IMG/VR virus record: IMGVR_UViG_3300028840_002104
Coordinates: 21,819 to 85,818 of that record
Reading direction: 5' to 3' (one strand)
From: a virus
Length of the DNA stretch: 64,000 bases
Part shown: positions 54,063 through 63,684 of the stretch, one piece after another
How positions within the stretch are numbered: position 1 is the stretch's first letter
Layout of the letters: the number at the start of each line of letters is the position of its first letter
The notes under the pieces: model-generated
The model's input: only the letters and a program-made list of their open reading frames with translations
What the model was told of the DNA's origin: nothing
Database searches by the model: none
Translations under genes and position numbers: made by a program

Positions 54063-54407
54063 ATGAAGACCAAGCTCATAGCTGAAAAAGATAAGGCCCT
54101 CCTGCTGGTATGTACGGAGACCAAAGAGGAAGAGGCGGGTCTTTCCATTCTTATGGAGCAGATGGCTACCAAGGCTAAGAGGTGGAAAGAAGAGATGGCC
54201 AGGACAAGAGAGAGGCTCAAGATTTTTGGCCTCGAAGATGATCCTCTTCATGTGGAGAGGTTCGTGGTCCGAAAGGGAAGTATAGCTGAAGAAGCTCTGG
54301 AAAAGATAGGTATACCTTGTGCTGGATGTGAAGAAAGGATACCATGTTCTCATGTTGAAGGTTGTGGGAAAGAAACGCGAAATACGGAAGCTCCAGAAGG
54401 CTCATAA
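54063..54407 (+). CDS. Hypothetical protein
   Basis: SD GAGGA. Confidence 0.5.
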   Translation: MKTKLIAEKDKALLLVCTETKEEEAGLSILMEQMATKAKRWKEEMARTRERLKIFGLEDDPLHVERFVVRKGSIAEEALEKIGIPCAGCEERIPCSHVEGCGKETRNTEAPEGS

Positions 54408-54493
54408 GGCTAGGGTTGAGAGACAAAGAGAGCTTCTGGAGGAACTGAGAAAGACGAAGCCTCAAGAAGGTCTAAGATACAGGGAGGTTATGA

Positions 54494-54766
54494 GTGTCCA
54501 GAGTGTCCCAGAGATTTAGGTACTTTGAGATCTTGTGGATAGTTCTAGTTCTGGCTCTTATACTTCTGCCCGGTTGCATTTCGGGCCAGGCTAGGCTAGC
54601 TTGTAAGGAGAATGCCATTCTTGCCCGTCATATGTCAGAATTGGTGAAAAAGGGAGAGACCACAAGAGAGCAGGAGCAGGAATTCATTCATGTGAATGCG
54701 GAGCTGTGGCAAGGCTTTGAGAACCTTCTCAACGCGAAGAAGGTGAAGGATGGCGATCCCGACTAA
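54494..54766 (+). CDS. Putative lipoprotein
   Basis: Hydrophobic signal ending in lipobox-like LLPG-C; SD GGAGG. Confidence 0.55.
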   Translation: MSRVSQRFRYFEILWIVLVLALILLPGCISGQARLACKENAILARHMSELVKKGETTREQEQEFIHVNAELWQGFENLLNAKKVKDGDPD

Positions 54767-55541
54767 GGCTTGGATAAAAAGCCCTGGCGCGGAGAAAGCA
54801 ATCTCTGCCGCTAAGAAATCCAAGGCTTCTAAGGCAGAGAAGAAGGTCCTAGAAGCGGGACGAAAACAGAGAGCTGGCAAGGGACTAACTGGCGCTCAGT
54901 TCCTTGAAAAGACGGGGGGTTTCGGCGCTGTTGGGGGAAAAGGCAAGGGGGCTAGACAGTCAGCTTGGGAAACACGACGCCAAAAGTATGGCCCAAGCGG
55001 GAGAAAGAAGCCAGGCAAGGGAAAGCTTCCAGGGAAAGAGAAGGGTAGAGTATCTGGCGAGAAGGCCAAAGGATTTGAGCAGCTCTCGAAGCGGGGACTT
55101 GCCAGGGCTCCAGTAAAGGGAACAAAAAGATCCAAAGCCGCTGCTAAGAAGGCTCCTGGGAAAACCGTAAGCCCTGCCCAAATGAAGAAGGCCCAGGAAA
55201 GAGCGGCCAAAAAGAAGAAGGCTACTGTTAAGCAGTCCCGGGAAAAGCACAACGGAATGCGGCAAATGGTGAGAGAAGAAGCACGAGCGGCATTCCTTGA
55301 AGTCTTCCAGGAGATGCTAGATCAAAGAACTCCCCCTGGGAAGAAGCCCCCACAGAGAAAGCCTGGGAAGAAGCCGAAGCCAAAACCTACTAGACCTTCC
55401 ACGGGAAGAAAGAGGCCAACACTATTTGGTAGACCTCTTGTAATGCCAGGAGAAGTGCCTGGTGTACTCAAGCATTCCGCGAAGAGAATAGGCAAAGCAG
55501 CCCTATATGCGGGATTAAGCTACGCAGCACTAGCGAGGTAA
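54750..55541 (+). CDS. Lys-rich basic protein 1 (AWETRR motif)
   Basis: Histone-H1-like composition; QSAWETRRQKYGPSG. Confidence 0.7.
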   Translation: MAIPTKAWIKSPGAEKAISAAKKSKASKAEKKVLEAGRKQRAGKGLTGAQFLEKTGGFGAVGGKGKGARQSAWETRRQKYGPSGRKKPGKGKLPGKEKGRVSGEKAKGFEQLSKRGLARAPVKGTKRSKAAAKKAPGKTVSPAQMKKAQERAAKKKKATVKQSREKHNGMRQMVREEARAAFLEVFQEMLDQRTPPGKKPPQRKPGKKPKPKPTRPSTGRKRPTLFGRPLVMPGEVPGVLKHSAKRIGKAALYAGLSYAALAR

Positions 55542-55577
55542 ATCATTAACGATTTTGACTTCGATCTACCCAATCTG

Positions 55578-56225
55578 ATGCGGACAGAATGTTCAATTCT
55601 TGAGCATCAGTTTTGGTTTAAGGCTATTATCGGACTCTCTGCGCTTCCGCAAGCCAAAGGAGCCTTCATAGTTGAGTTGGGCTCAAGGTGTGGCGGAGGA
55701 ACAGTGACGTTGGCTAGAGCGGCAAAGATTGCCGGTCTTCACGTTATTGCAGTTGAGAGGGATGTAGAGTTCAGGTCTCGCTTGAATAGGCTATCCCATA
55801 TCAGTAAAGAGGATCTCCTCCCTTACATTACCGTGATTAACGACGATACGCTGAAAGCGGCGAAGGTCGTGGAAGACTCTTACAAGAAAAACGTGGCCTT
55901 CCTGCACATAGACGCAGACCACACTTACCCAAAGGCGCGGGATGAATTCATTGCTTTTAGTCCCATGGTCATAGAAGGCGGAGTTGTCTGCTTCCATGAC
56001 GCTTTTCCAAGCAGCGTCTACGATACCCAGGTTTCTGAATGCTTGGATGAGCTTGATGACAGGGGTCTTCTGATGGAATGGGAAGAGCTAGAAACTCAGG
56101 AGCCCACTATCTGGGAGTATAAGCCAAGACGTGAAGAATTGCTCGCAAATAGCTGGACGACTAGAGCCTTTGTGAGGAGAACTCAAGGAGAAGAAGATGA
56201 AAGAATGGATCTTTGCTCTGATTGA
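55578..56225 (+). CDS. Class I SAM methyltransferase (Methyltransf_24-like)
   Basis: IVELGS..GG.T, FLHIDADH.Y, GG.V.FHD. Confidence 0.85.
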   Translation: MRTECSILEHQFWFKAIIGLSALPQAKGAFIVELGSRCGGGTVTLARAAKIAGLHVIAVERDVEFRSRLNRLSHISKEDLLPYITVINDDTLKAAKVVEDSYKKNVAFLHIDADHTYPKARDEFIAFSPMVIEGGVVCFHDAFPSSVYDTQVSECLDELDDRGLLMEWEELETQEPTIWEYKPRREELLANSWTTRAFVRRTQGEEDERMDLCSD

Positions 56226-56279
56226 CAAGTACGCCAAGAAGCTCAAGAAGAGGGTCTCGAAAATTCTAGGAGAGTAATC

Positions 56280-57239
56280 GTGTCAGATCCTACAGACATT
56301 TGGGCAGCGCCTTGGTTAGACGCTCCTTCAGGGAAGAAATCTTCTCGAAAAGGCGGGAAGAAAGGCAAGGCTTCCAAGAAGGCATGGGACACTAGACGCC
56401 AGAAGTGGGGTCCGTCCGGTATGCCGCCCGAACATCGGGCTAAGAAGAAGGCTAAGAAAGCCGCTCCAAAGGCTCAGAAGAAGGCGGCCAAAGCTAAGGC
56501 GGTCAAGAAAGCCAAGGATGTCCGTGGTTACAAGATGGCAGGCTCAAATGTCTCTAGAACCTTTGATGTCTCGGAGATGTCTACTCGCGACAAGAGGGTT
56601 TTTGACCGCAAGTTTGCCGCCGAGTCCATGGGTGCTCGCTTGTGGGAGAAAAATCCTGACCCCTACTCCCCTTCTTCTCAAAGGCTGGATGAAGCGGCGA
56701 GAAAAGCAGACCAGGAATTAGCAAAGAGAGGCTACAAGCTGGAGCAAGTTGTTCCAGGGAAGCCTGACAACTACAAATATGTAAAGCAGGAAAAGACCAA
56801 GGCGGCCACTCAGAAAAAGACGTCTACTTCTTCAATGGCCTCTGCTTCTGCTAGCCAGGCCAGGAAACAATATCTAGATGCTCCCATTTTCCATCAGAAG
56901 AAAAAGGCCCCGAAGGTCCATTCTAGGATAACTGCCAAGCATAAGGCTGCGGGCAAGAAGAGAAGAGTTATTGGCTCAAAGTCTGATGTGACAGGAGAGT
57001 GGGTAGACAGAGATACTACTCAAGGATATCTAGCAGAGGCAAACAAGAAGAAGCTCAAGGGAGACAAGAAGCATACCTTTGTGGCCCGAAGGATACTTCA
57101 GCACGGGATAAGTCCCGTAAACGCTTACTCTATGGCCAGAGCCCACGACGACTTAGAGCGGAGAGGCGTTCCCATAGACATAAAGGGTATAGAGAGTCGT
57201 AGGCAGCCCAAGAAGATGGGAAGATGGCCTAGATACTAA
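56280..57239 (+). CDS. Lys-rich basic protein 2 (AWDTRR motif)
   Basis: KKGKASKKAWDTRRQKWGPSGMPPEHRAKKKAK. Confidence 0.7.
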   Translation: MSDPTDIWAAPWLDAPSGKKSSRKGGKKGKASKKAWDTRRQKWGPSGMPPEHRAKKKAKKAAPKAQKKAAKAKAVKKAKDVRGYKMAGSNVSRTFDVSEMSTRDKRVFDRKFAAESMGARLWEKNPDPYSPSSQRLDEAARKADQELAKRGYKLEQVVPGKPDNYKYVKQEKTKAATQKKTSTSSMASASASQARKQYLDAPIFHQKKKAPKVHSRITAKHKAAGKKRRVIGSKSDVTGEWVDRDTTQGYLAEANKKKLKGDKKHTFVARRILQHGISPVNAYSMARAHDDLERRGVPIDIKGIESRRQPKKMGRWPRY

Positions 57240-57248
57240 GGAGAGATC

Positions 57249-57455
57249 ATGGCAGACTCAGGTTTTATCGGAGGAGCCCTTTGGGGAGGTTCCTACAAAG
57301 AGGACTTTGGTGTAGGAAAAGGCAAATCGAAGAAGGGCGGCAAGAAGGGCAAAGCCTCTCAGAAAGCTTGGGAGACTCGAAGACAAAAGTGAGGACCTAG
57401 TGGTATGCCGCCAGAGCATAGGGCCAAAAAGAAGGCAAAGAGGAGGCGTAGCTAG
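57249..57455 (+). pseudogene. Lys-rich paralog 3 with in-frame TGA at a conserved Trp position (nonsense mutation or readthrough)
   Basis: SD AAGGAG; KKGKASQKAWETRRQK*GPSGMPPEHRAKKKAKRRRS; TGA 57390-57392. Confidence 0.65.
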
Positions 57456-57458
57456 TAT

Positions 57459-58130
57459 ATGTTTCTGACAGGTCTCATGATGGTATTGAATGAGGAAGAA
57501 TTTCTAGAAGAGAATCTGGATACCCATCTTCCGCAGGTAGACGCCCTACTTGTGGCCGAAGGCGGAACAGTTTTCGCGGAGAAAGCAGGAATGTGTGGCC
57601 CGAAAGGAGAATCCACAGACAAGACCAGGGAACTGCTTCTCTCACATGAGCAGGACCTCTTTGACTTGGTTCTTGCGGAGCAACTGTGGTCTCACAAGCA
57701 AGAGATGTGGAATTGTTTACTCCAGAAGATTCCTGACCCTACAACCCACGTCGCCTTGATTGACGCAGATGAGTTTTGGTTTGGGGACTCTCTGCGTCGG
57801 GCCACCACTTTTTTTGCCGAGTCTGAAGGAGGAACAGGTAAGGTAAAACTGAGACACTGGAGCGGCTTCTACAAGAACGATCCAGACAGGTTCTTGCTCC
57901 ACGGCTATCCTTGGGACGGCTTCTTCCAGAAGCTGTATAGATGGAGTCCAAAACAGTACTTCACGACGGAGGTCAGGTCCCCATTGGTGATGGTGGATGA
58001 GCATGGTAGAACACTAACCCCTGTGATTACGATAGCCAAGGAAGACATGATCCCAGATCACTATGGGTTCTGTAGAGATAAGAAGAGACACGCGGAGAAA
58101 CAAAGGTATTACTTGCATAGAGGTTTTTGA
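57459..58130 (+). CDS. GT2-like glycosyltransferase
   Basis: MV.NEE.FL, V.EG, STDKT, IDADE, HYG. Confidence 0.8.
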   Translation: MFLTGLMMVLNEEEFLEENLDTHLPQVDALLVAEGGTVFAEKAGMCGPKGESTDKTRELLLSHEQDLFDLVLAEQLWSHKQEMWNCLLQKIPDPTTHVALIDADEFWFGDSLRRATTFFAESEGGTGKVKLRHWSGFYKNDPDRFLLHGYPWDGFFQKLYRWSPKQYFTTEVRSPLVMVDEHGRTLTPVITIAKEDMIPDHYGFCRDKKRHAEKQRYYLHRGF

Positions 58131-58145
58131 ATGAAAGGATGAAAG

Positions 58146-58358
58146 ATGAAGAAGAAGAGTCCAGCATTCGCGTTTGCTTGTAGCGTTCTTTGCCCAGGTT
58201 TGGGACATGCCTATCTTGGAAAGATGATGGATGGCATTATCTGGTTTATTTGTGCTGTTGTGGGATACTTTCTGTTTCTTGTCCCAGGGTTACTTGTTCA
58301 CTTTCTCTGCGCGGTCAATGCGGCAGTGAACGCAGGGAGAATGAACCATGCAGGATAG
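58146..58358 (+). CDS. TM2-like small membrane protein
   Basis: A...S...PGLGH.YLG....GI.W; two TM helices. Confidence 0.7.
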   Translation: MKKKSPAFAFACSVLCPGLGHAYLGKMMDGIIWFICAVVGYFLFLVPGLLVHFLCAVNAAVNAGRMNHAG

Positions 58359-58475
58359 AATAATCAAAAATACACCAGTAAGAGAACAGACTGGTTTGAC
58401 TAAAAGGAGAAAGACCAAAACAGACAAGCCTTGGAAGAGCTGCGGTCAGAAGAGAGATGACCCGTTCAGAAGGAG

Positions 58476-59042
58476 ATGAAGATGGCAAAGGGAATGCGCG
58501 GCGGTTTCGGAAAGATGGGTGCCAGTAAGAAGAAGGCGGCCAGTAAGAAAGCCTGGGATACTAGAAGGGCCAAGTATGGACCTTCTGGATCAAAGAAACG
58601 AGCGGCCAAGAAAGCTGGTCCTAAAGCTCGGAAAAGAGCGAAAGTATCGCCCAGAGAAGAAGCTCGTAGGTATAGAGTTAAGAAAACTGCTCAAGAAAGA
58701 ATAGCTCTTATGGGCGGTCCTAAGAAGTACAAGCGTACTCGAAGAGCTGTAGGAAAGCAGACTGCTGAGAAACTGAAGGGGACTCGTAGAAGAGGCTTTG
58801 CTATTGGTGAAGGTGGCGCTACTCCGATGGCACAAAGAACTCAGGAAGTTGCTCGCATGGCAAGTAGGGAGCTAGAAGCCAGAGGGAAACAAAAAGCGAA
58901 AAAGCGAGCGGCACCAAAGAAGAAAGCTGGTCCAAGGAAAGACGCTAAGATGAAGATGACTTACTCGGACAAACCGAGTAAGCAGCTCAAGCAGAAGGTA
59001 AAAGTGGCCAGGAAAAGAGGTCGTGCTCGTCCCTACCGCTGA
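58476..59042 (+). CDS. Lys/Arg-rich basic protein 4 (AWDTRR motif)
   Basis: KKAASKKAWDTRRAKYGPSG; MKMTYSDKP. Confidence 0.7.
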   Translation: MKMAKGMRGGFGKMGASKKKAASKKAWDTRRAKYGPSGSKKRAAKKAGPKARKRAKVSPREEARRYRVKKTAQERIALMGGPKKYKRTRRAVGKQTAEKLKGTRRRGFAIGEGGATPMAQRTQEVARMASRELEARGKQKAKKRAAPKKKAGPRKDAKMKMTYSDKPSKQLKQKVKVARKRGRARPYR

Positions 59043-59100
59043 GAGGTTTGCCGAGAGGGATAAGGCTCGCCAGGCTTTGGAGAAAAAGAGAACGCCTCCC

Positions 59101-59421
59101 ATGAAGATGACTTATTCGGATAAGCCTAAGAAGAGAGCGGCCAAGAAAGCAGCTCCTAAGAAGAAGATCAGAAAAAAGGACGAGTTTACTCCTTCAAAGA
59201 CAGAACAGCAGATGAGAAAAAGGCACGGAGAAGTTCCGCCCGGGTTTGGTCGTTTGAGTCCAAAGGAGCAGAAGTCTATGCTCCGAAAGTGGGATAAAGA
59301 GACGGCTGAGATAGAAGGAAAGAAAGGCGTAATGGGCAGATCTCCCAAAGAGAGAAAGAGAGTTAGGATCAACCCAAAGGAGAAGGCTCGTAGAGCAAGA
59401 GTTAGGAAAAGAAGAGGATGA
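59101..59421 (+). CDS. Lys/Arg-rich basic protein 5
   Basis: MKMTYSDKPKKRAAKKAAPKKK duplicated from protein 4; start uncertain. Confidence 0.55.
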   Translation: MKMTYSDKPKKRAAKKAAPKKKIRKKDEFTPSKTEQQMRKRHGEVPPGFGRLSPKEQKSMLRKWDKETAEIEGKKGVMGRSPKERKRVRINPKEKARRARVRKRRG

Positions 59422-60071
59422 TCTCCTTCTGCATAGGAGTAAAGAACCGTTGGCGTTGGCTGGAAAGATCCCTTCTTAGTCTTGGTATTGCTAGAGGCCA
59501 GGAAGAGATTGAGGTAATTCTGGTTGACTACGATAGTGATGACGTGGATGATCTTTTCAGTTCCGCGAAAGTCATTCTCAAAGAAATCCCTCTTACTGTT
59601 ATTCATGCGGAGGGCTACTTCGCGAAGTCTAAGGCCCACAACAAGGCTGTTGAAGGTGCGAACGGAGATATTCTCTTCTTCTCGGACACTGATATCTGGT
59701 ATCCGAGGAAGTTTGCCTGGGTGGTCAAGAACTGGACGTGTAGCGAGAGAGATGCTTTCTTTCCAATCGTTAGGTTTCTTGATAAGGACTCAGGCTTGTG
59801 TGAGGATGCTCCAGGCTTTGATGCTATCCACAGCTTCGGAATGTGCGGTATCTCAAGAGAGAACTTCGAGAAGGTAGGTCCCTGGGATGAATCTGTGAAA
59901 GGCGGTGGAGGAGAGGATAGGCTCTTTCACCAAGCTTGTGTAGACGAGGGATTATACGTCCATAGGTTCTTGGTTCCCGGCCTCTTTCATCTTTGGCATC
60001 CGAGAGACTGGCAGTGGAAGGAACAACACCACGAGCCAGGAGAAAGGTATCTAGAAGGTGCAAGACACTAA
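59418..60071 (+). CDS. GT2/GT7-like glycosyltransferase
   Basis: IS.CI..KNR, ILVDY.S.D, A.N, FF.DTD, F.KVG.WDE...G.GGED, HLWH. Confidence 0.85.
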   Translation: MISFCIGVKNRWRWLERSLLSLGIARGQEEIEVILVDYDSDDVDDLFSSAKVILKEIPLTVIHAEGYFAKSKAHNKAVEGANGDILFFSDTDIWYPRKFAWVVKNWTCSERDAFFPIVRFLDKDSGLCEDAPGFDAIHSFGMCGISRENFEKVGPWDESVKGGGGEDRLFHQACVDEGLYVHRFLVPGLFHLWHPRDWQWKEQHHEPGERYLEGARH

Positions 60072-61035
60072 TCTTCTTGTCATAGGAATAGATGCCGCTT
60101 GCTGGCCTATCTGTCAGAGAGAAGGCTTTTTCCTTCATCATGGGCAGGCTTCTAGGGCTCTCGCTTGGCCCTCCTCTTGGAAACCAGGCGAGCATCAGCC
60201 TTTGACTGGCCCGAACTGGACGAATATCTACACTGGAGTCCTTCCAGAGGCTCACGGTGTTCTTCCAGACCCGTGGATAAAAGGCCAGACTAGCTACAGG
60301 GATATCAGTAGAGTTACTGTCTTTGATCTCATGTCCAACTACGGAACGTTTCTCATGCCCATGACCTGGGGTCTAGAACCGCCAGAAGATAGCTGGTGCG
60401 TGCCAGGTTGGATATGTCCAGAGAGGTCTGATGTCGCGGTAGGCGTAGATCTTCCCACAGATTTTCGGTTTGAGGCCCATCCTTTGGGAGACAATCTTCG
60501 ATTTGAGGACTATCAGAAAGCTGATTACGAGGAAAGAGGTCTCTTCTTTAGGTATCTCCGGGATATCGCATATGAGCAGTTGACTGTCTTCAGAAACCTT
60601 CCTAAGAAGGAAACTATGTTCCTCGGGGTTCTCTACCTTGACTGGGTGAACCACGCTTGCGGCAACTCCAAGGAGCTTAGTCTTCTCTCCGCCTACGATT
60701 GGCTGGACAAGATACTCTTGGACATCATCGAAGACATCAAACCGAAAAATCTGTTGATCTGTTCTGACCACGGCATGAGCGAGAAAGGCGGAAACCATTC
60801 TGCTGAAGGTATCTGTGTGGTTAGATCTGACTTTAAGGATAATGCTCGCTTTGTGGCCGAGAGCAATAAAGATATTGCACCTTTCATTCTCGAACTTGCG
60901 GGAGTCCCGTTGAAGGATCATTTGGGCAAAAAGGCGACAAGAGAAAAGATGTCAGATACAGATCAAGAAGAGCTGGAGAAACACATCCAGCAGTTGGCTG
61001 CTCTCGGCTACATTGACTCTAAGGAGTCCGAATGA
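60058..61035 (+). CDS. Alkaline phosphatase superfamily phosphodiesterase/transferase
   Basis: GIDAA, P.T.P.W..I.TG, D...H, SDHG, GNH, C-terminal L.ALGY. Confidence 0.85.
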   Translation: MQDTNLLVIGIDAACWPICQREGFFLHHGQASRALAWPSSWKPGEHQPLTGPNWTNIYTGVLPEAHGVLPDPWIKGQTSYRDISRVTVFDLMSNYGTFLMPMTWGLEPPEDSWCVPGWICPERSDVAVGVDLPTDFRFEAHPLGDNLRFEDYQKADYEERGLFFRYLRDIAYEQLTVFRNLPKKETMFLGVLYLDWVNHACGNSKELSLLSAYDWLDKILLDIIEDIKPKNLLICSDHGMSEKGGNHSAEGICVVRSDFKDNARFVAESNKDIAPFILELAGVPLKDHLGKKATREKMSDTDQEELEKHIQQLAALGYIDSKESE

Positions 61036-61901
61036 TAGTTGCAACCTATCTTGATCCGCTTCCTCATCTTCTAGCATGTCTAGAGATCTGGGACGCTTCT
61101 TTTGGGAGATGGGTGGAAGACAGAAGAGTCTGCACAACAGCTTCTCACGTGGAAACAGTATGTGAGTATGTCAGGGAGAAAGGGCTAGGTTGCTCTGTCT
61201 ATGCAGTTCCGCGCTTCGAGCCCTGGGAATATGTTGGTGGACACTGCACAGCCTTGTACCACGTGAAGTGCGAAGACGAGGACACTCTTCTTTTGACGGA
61301 TCCAGATGTTTTGGCTATAGGCTTTCCCTGGACTCACGTGCTTGAAGCGGAGAAAAACCCTTGGTATTTCTCAGCTTTGGTGTATTCTGAGGATCAGTTA
61401 GAGCTAGAAGTGCCTTTTCATGGAAAATACAGCAAAGAGAGGTATGAGAGACTCTGGGGAAACGTATCTGAGCTTTTGGTAGGACAACGAATGGAGCCTA
61501 GATACTTCAACACAGGGGTTATTATCACAAAGGGTTTGCTCGTTCGTCTTATGAGAAAGGACTATCCTCTCTTTACACGCTATCTTTACGAGACCGCCGA
61601 AGAGCATGAGATCAGACACTGGATACAAGAGCAAGTTGCTCATGCCTTGGCACTTCAGAAACATGATAGAGTGGAGATAGACCCTCTGCCTCAAAACTTC
61701 AACATGATGAATCATCCAAAGTTCGAGACAGGGGAAGAACCAGGTTTTCTTCATTATGGCTGGAAAAACAGAGGCTTCAGAAAGTCTGAGGATCTTACGT
61801 CCATCGAAAAGTTTCTGGGGAGTAAAGGCGGAGGACCCGTGGTGGACAGAGTTAGACAAGAGGTTGAGGAGTTATTCCATGGGATTGAGTCATCCAGATA
61901 G
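61032..61901 (+). CDS. GT8-like glycosyltransferase
   Basis: TDPDV (DxD), YFNTGVI, EQ.A..LAL, LP..FN, FLHY. Confidence 0.7.
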   Translation: MIVATYLDPLPHLLACLEIWDASFGRWVEDRRVCTTASHVETVCEYVREKGLGCSVYAVPRFEPWEYVGGHCTALYHVKCEDEDTLLLTDPDVLAIGFPWTHVLEAEKNPWYFSALVYSEDQLELEVPFHGKYSKERYERLWGNVSELLVGQRMEPRYFNTGVIITKGLLVRLMRKDYPLFTRYLYETAEEHEIRHWIQEQVAHALALQKHDRVEIDPLPQNFNMMNHPKFETGEEPGFLHYGWKNRGFRKSEDLTSIEKFLGSKGGGPVVDRVRQEVEELFHGIESSR

Positions 61902-62505
61902 CTTCGCTATGTGTATGCATACAGTCATAGCTTTGAAACCAAAGTCTGTGCTGGATGTAGGCTGCGGTTTCGGAATGTTTGGACTCGGTTTCCGTATTTA
62001 CGGAGCAGCTTGGCACAACTACAAGCTGAAGATTGAAGAGAGCTATCATAGTATTCGAGTAGATGGTGTGGAGATCTGCGAAAACCATGTTCAGGCGTGG
62101 CATGACATCTTCTATGACCACATCTTCATGGGAAATGTTGTCGAGCTTGCGGGAAGTCTGCCCAATTATGATGTTCTCTACATGGGAGACTGTCTAGAGC
62201 ATTTGACTGAAATGGAAGCGAGTCTTGCAATTCCTCATTTATGGAGTAGAGCTGACAGGCTTTTCATGCTCGCCTTTCCGTGTTCTACCCAGGTATCAGG
62301 CCCGCGAAACAAGTTTGGAAACGACAGAGGCGGCCATCTTACCGCTTGGGTTCCGGAGAGAGTGGCCGAGATGTGTCCAGGAGCTACGGTGTGGAAAAAG
62401 AGGCTGCCCGGCCAGTGGTTCACGTGGCTTTGGAAAGAATCCCCCGTAGAATTGAAGTGTTGTGATGATCCTGCTTACGATTTTGAGATTGAGAGGATGG
62501 TATAA
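61879..62505 (+). CDS. Class I SAM methyltransferase
   Basis: SVLDVGCGFG..G, DGVE, YD....GN, YD...MGD.LEHL. Confidence 0.85.
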   Translation: MGLSHPDSFAMCMHTVIALKPKSVLDVGCGFGMFGLGFRIYGAAWHNYKLKIEESYHSIRVDGVEICENHVQAWHDIFYDHIFMGNVVELAGSLPNYDVLYMGDCLEHLTEMEASLAIPHLWSRADRLFMLAFPCSTQVSGPRNKFGNDRGGHLTAWVPERVAEMCPGATVWKKRLPGQWFTWLWKESPVELKCCDDPAYDFEIERMV

Positions 62506-62897
62506 TGGGCTGGCTTAAGAAGATAGACTGGGAAAAAGCGATTGATAAGATCGCAGATCAGATGGGTGATGGTGCTGGCGTTGCTTTTGGAGACTTCTTT
62601 TCTGGGGAGGATCTCAAGATCGTTGCATCTAACGTTGATCTCTTTGTGGAGATGCCCAAAGACCTGATCCAAGTGATCTTCATGAAGCTGAATAGCAGGA
62701 AGTTCGATGACGCTATTACAGCAATTGTTGAAACATACGACGCAGATCTTGTAATCAAGGCCATGCGCGGAAACATCGAAGAGACACAACTTGCTATTGA
62801 TGAGTACGCTAGGCGCTCTAAGTTTCTCAAGAGCGTGGGAAAAGGCACTTTGTATGCCCTTCTCCAGGTACTCTATCATTTAGTCTTGATGGGATAG
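62505..62897 (+). CDS. Hypothetical protein
   Basis: TAATG overlap; hydrophobic C-terminus. Confidence 0.55.
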   Translation: MGWLKKIDWEKAIDKIADQMGDGAGVAFGDFFSGEDLKIVASNVDLFVEMPKDLIQVIFMKLNSRKFDDAITAIVETYDADLVIKAMRGNIEETQLAIDEYARRSKFLKSVGKGTLYALLQVLYHLVLMG

Positions 62898-62901
62898 TGG
62901 C

Positions 62902-63216
62902 ATGAGATTTCCCGAACTTGTAGCCAACTTCCAGTATTCGTCAGGATACTACATGGAAAAGGTCATGCTGAATGCCATTGGTGCTGAAGAAGAAGGCACG
63001 CCAGCCGAAGGAAACGCTTCCAGGAATGGCAATGCCTCTTCTACAAAGGCCGTTGGTACGAGAGTGGCTCGCTACGGAGAGGGCAAAGAGAAGACGGAGA
63101 CGAAAGAATGGCGGAAAAAATCGCAATCGCAACCTATGTCTGCTCAGACGAAAGCTGCGACCTTGAGCAAGCAGCGTTCACTAAACAAGAGGATGACGCG
63201 CTCAGAGGTATTATAG
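62902..63216 (+). CDS. Hypothetical protein
   Basis: Short ORF overlapping the next gene. Confidence 0.35.
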   Translation: MRFPELVANFQYSSGYYMEKVMLNAIGAEEEGTPAEGNASRNGNASSTKAVGTRVARYGEGKEKTETKEWRKKSQSQPMSAQTKAATLSKQRSLNKRMTRSEVL

Positions 63217-63470
63217 GAAGCGAATGTCCAAGAGTAAACTGCGAAGGAATAGTAAGAAGAACAGAACCCATTCCTCTAATGCTTCCCATGCTAGAGAAGC
63301 TGGAGATTTGGTTCATTCCAGGCGACGGAAGTTTCTTAGTGCGTTTGGGACCCTATCAAGGCGATGAAGAATACAGGCAACAGATTGCCATTGACGGAAG
63401 AGAGCTGATATTCATGACTGTGGCAGACATCTTGTATCTGCTCCAAAAGATGGAGGAAGAAGGTGGCTAA
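63108..63470 (+). CDS. Hypothetical protein (Cys pairs)
   Basis: C....C and CP..NC. Confidence 0.5.
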   Translation: MAEKIAIATYVCSDESCDLEQAAFTKQEDDALRGIIGSECPRVNCEGIVRRTEPIPLMLPMLEKLEIWFIPGDGSFLVRLGPYQGDEEYRQQIAIDGRELIFMTVADILYLLQKMEEEGG

Positions 63471-63672
63471 GAACACATCGAATCTTGACGTAGCTTCCAG
63501 AGAGCGTTCGAGGGCTCCGAGGACAAGAGGCAGAGGAGATCCTTCGATCAATCACGATGCTCTTGAGTTCGACAAGGAAGACGCGGCGAGAACAGTGACC
63601 GCACGAAGAGCAAACAGAGTTACAGGAACCAATCAGCTTCAGAGGGGCTCAGGCGCAGTTCCCACAGCGTAA
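63463..63672 (+). CDS. Small Arg-rich protein
   Basis: SD GGAGG before GTG. Confidence 0.5.
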   Translation: MAKNTSNLDVASRERSRAPRTRGRGDPSINHDALEFDKEDAARTVTARRANRVTGTNQLQRGSGAVPTA

Positions 63673-63684
63673 AGGAGGAAACCT

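Noticed and set aside
53062-57455. Genome-wide stop-codon reassignment
   Set aside because: TGA, TAG and TAA all terminate well-defined genes, and long conserved genes are intact under code 11
58476-59421. Programmed frameshift joining basic proteins 4 and 5
   Set aside because: Frames overlap but I see no clear slippery site; a separate start at 59101 explains it
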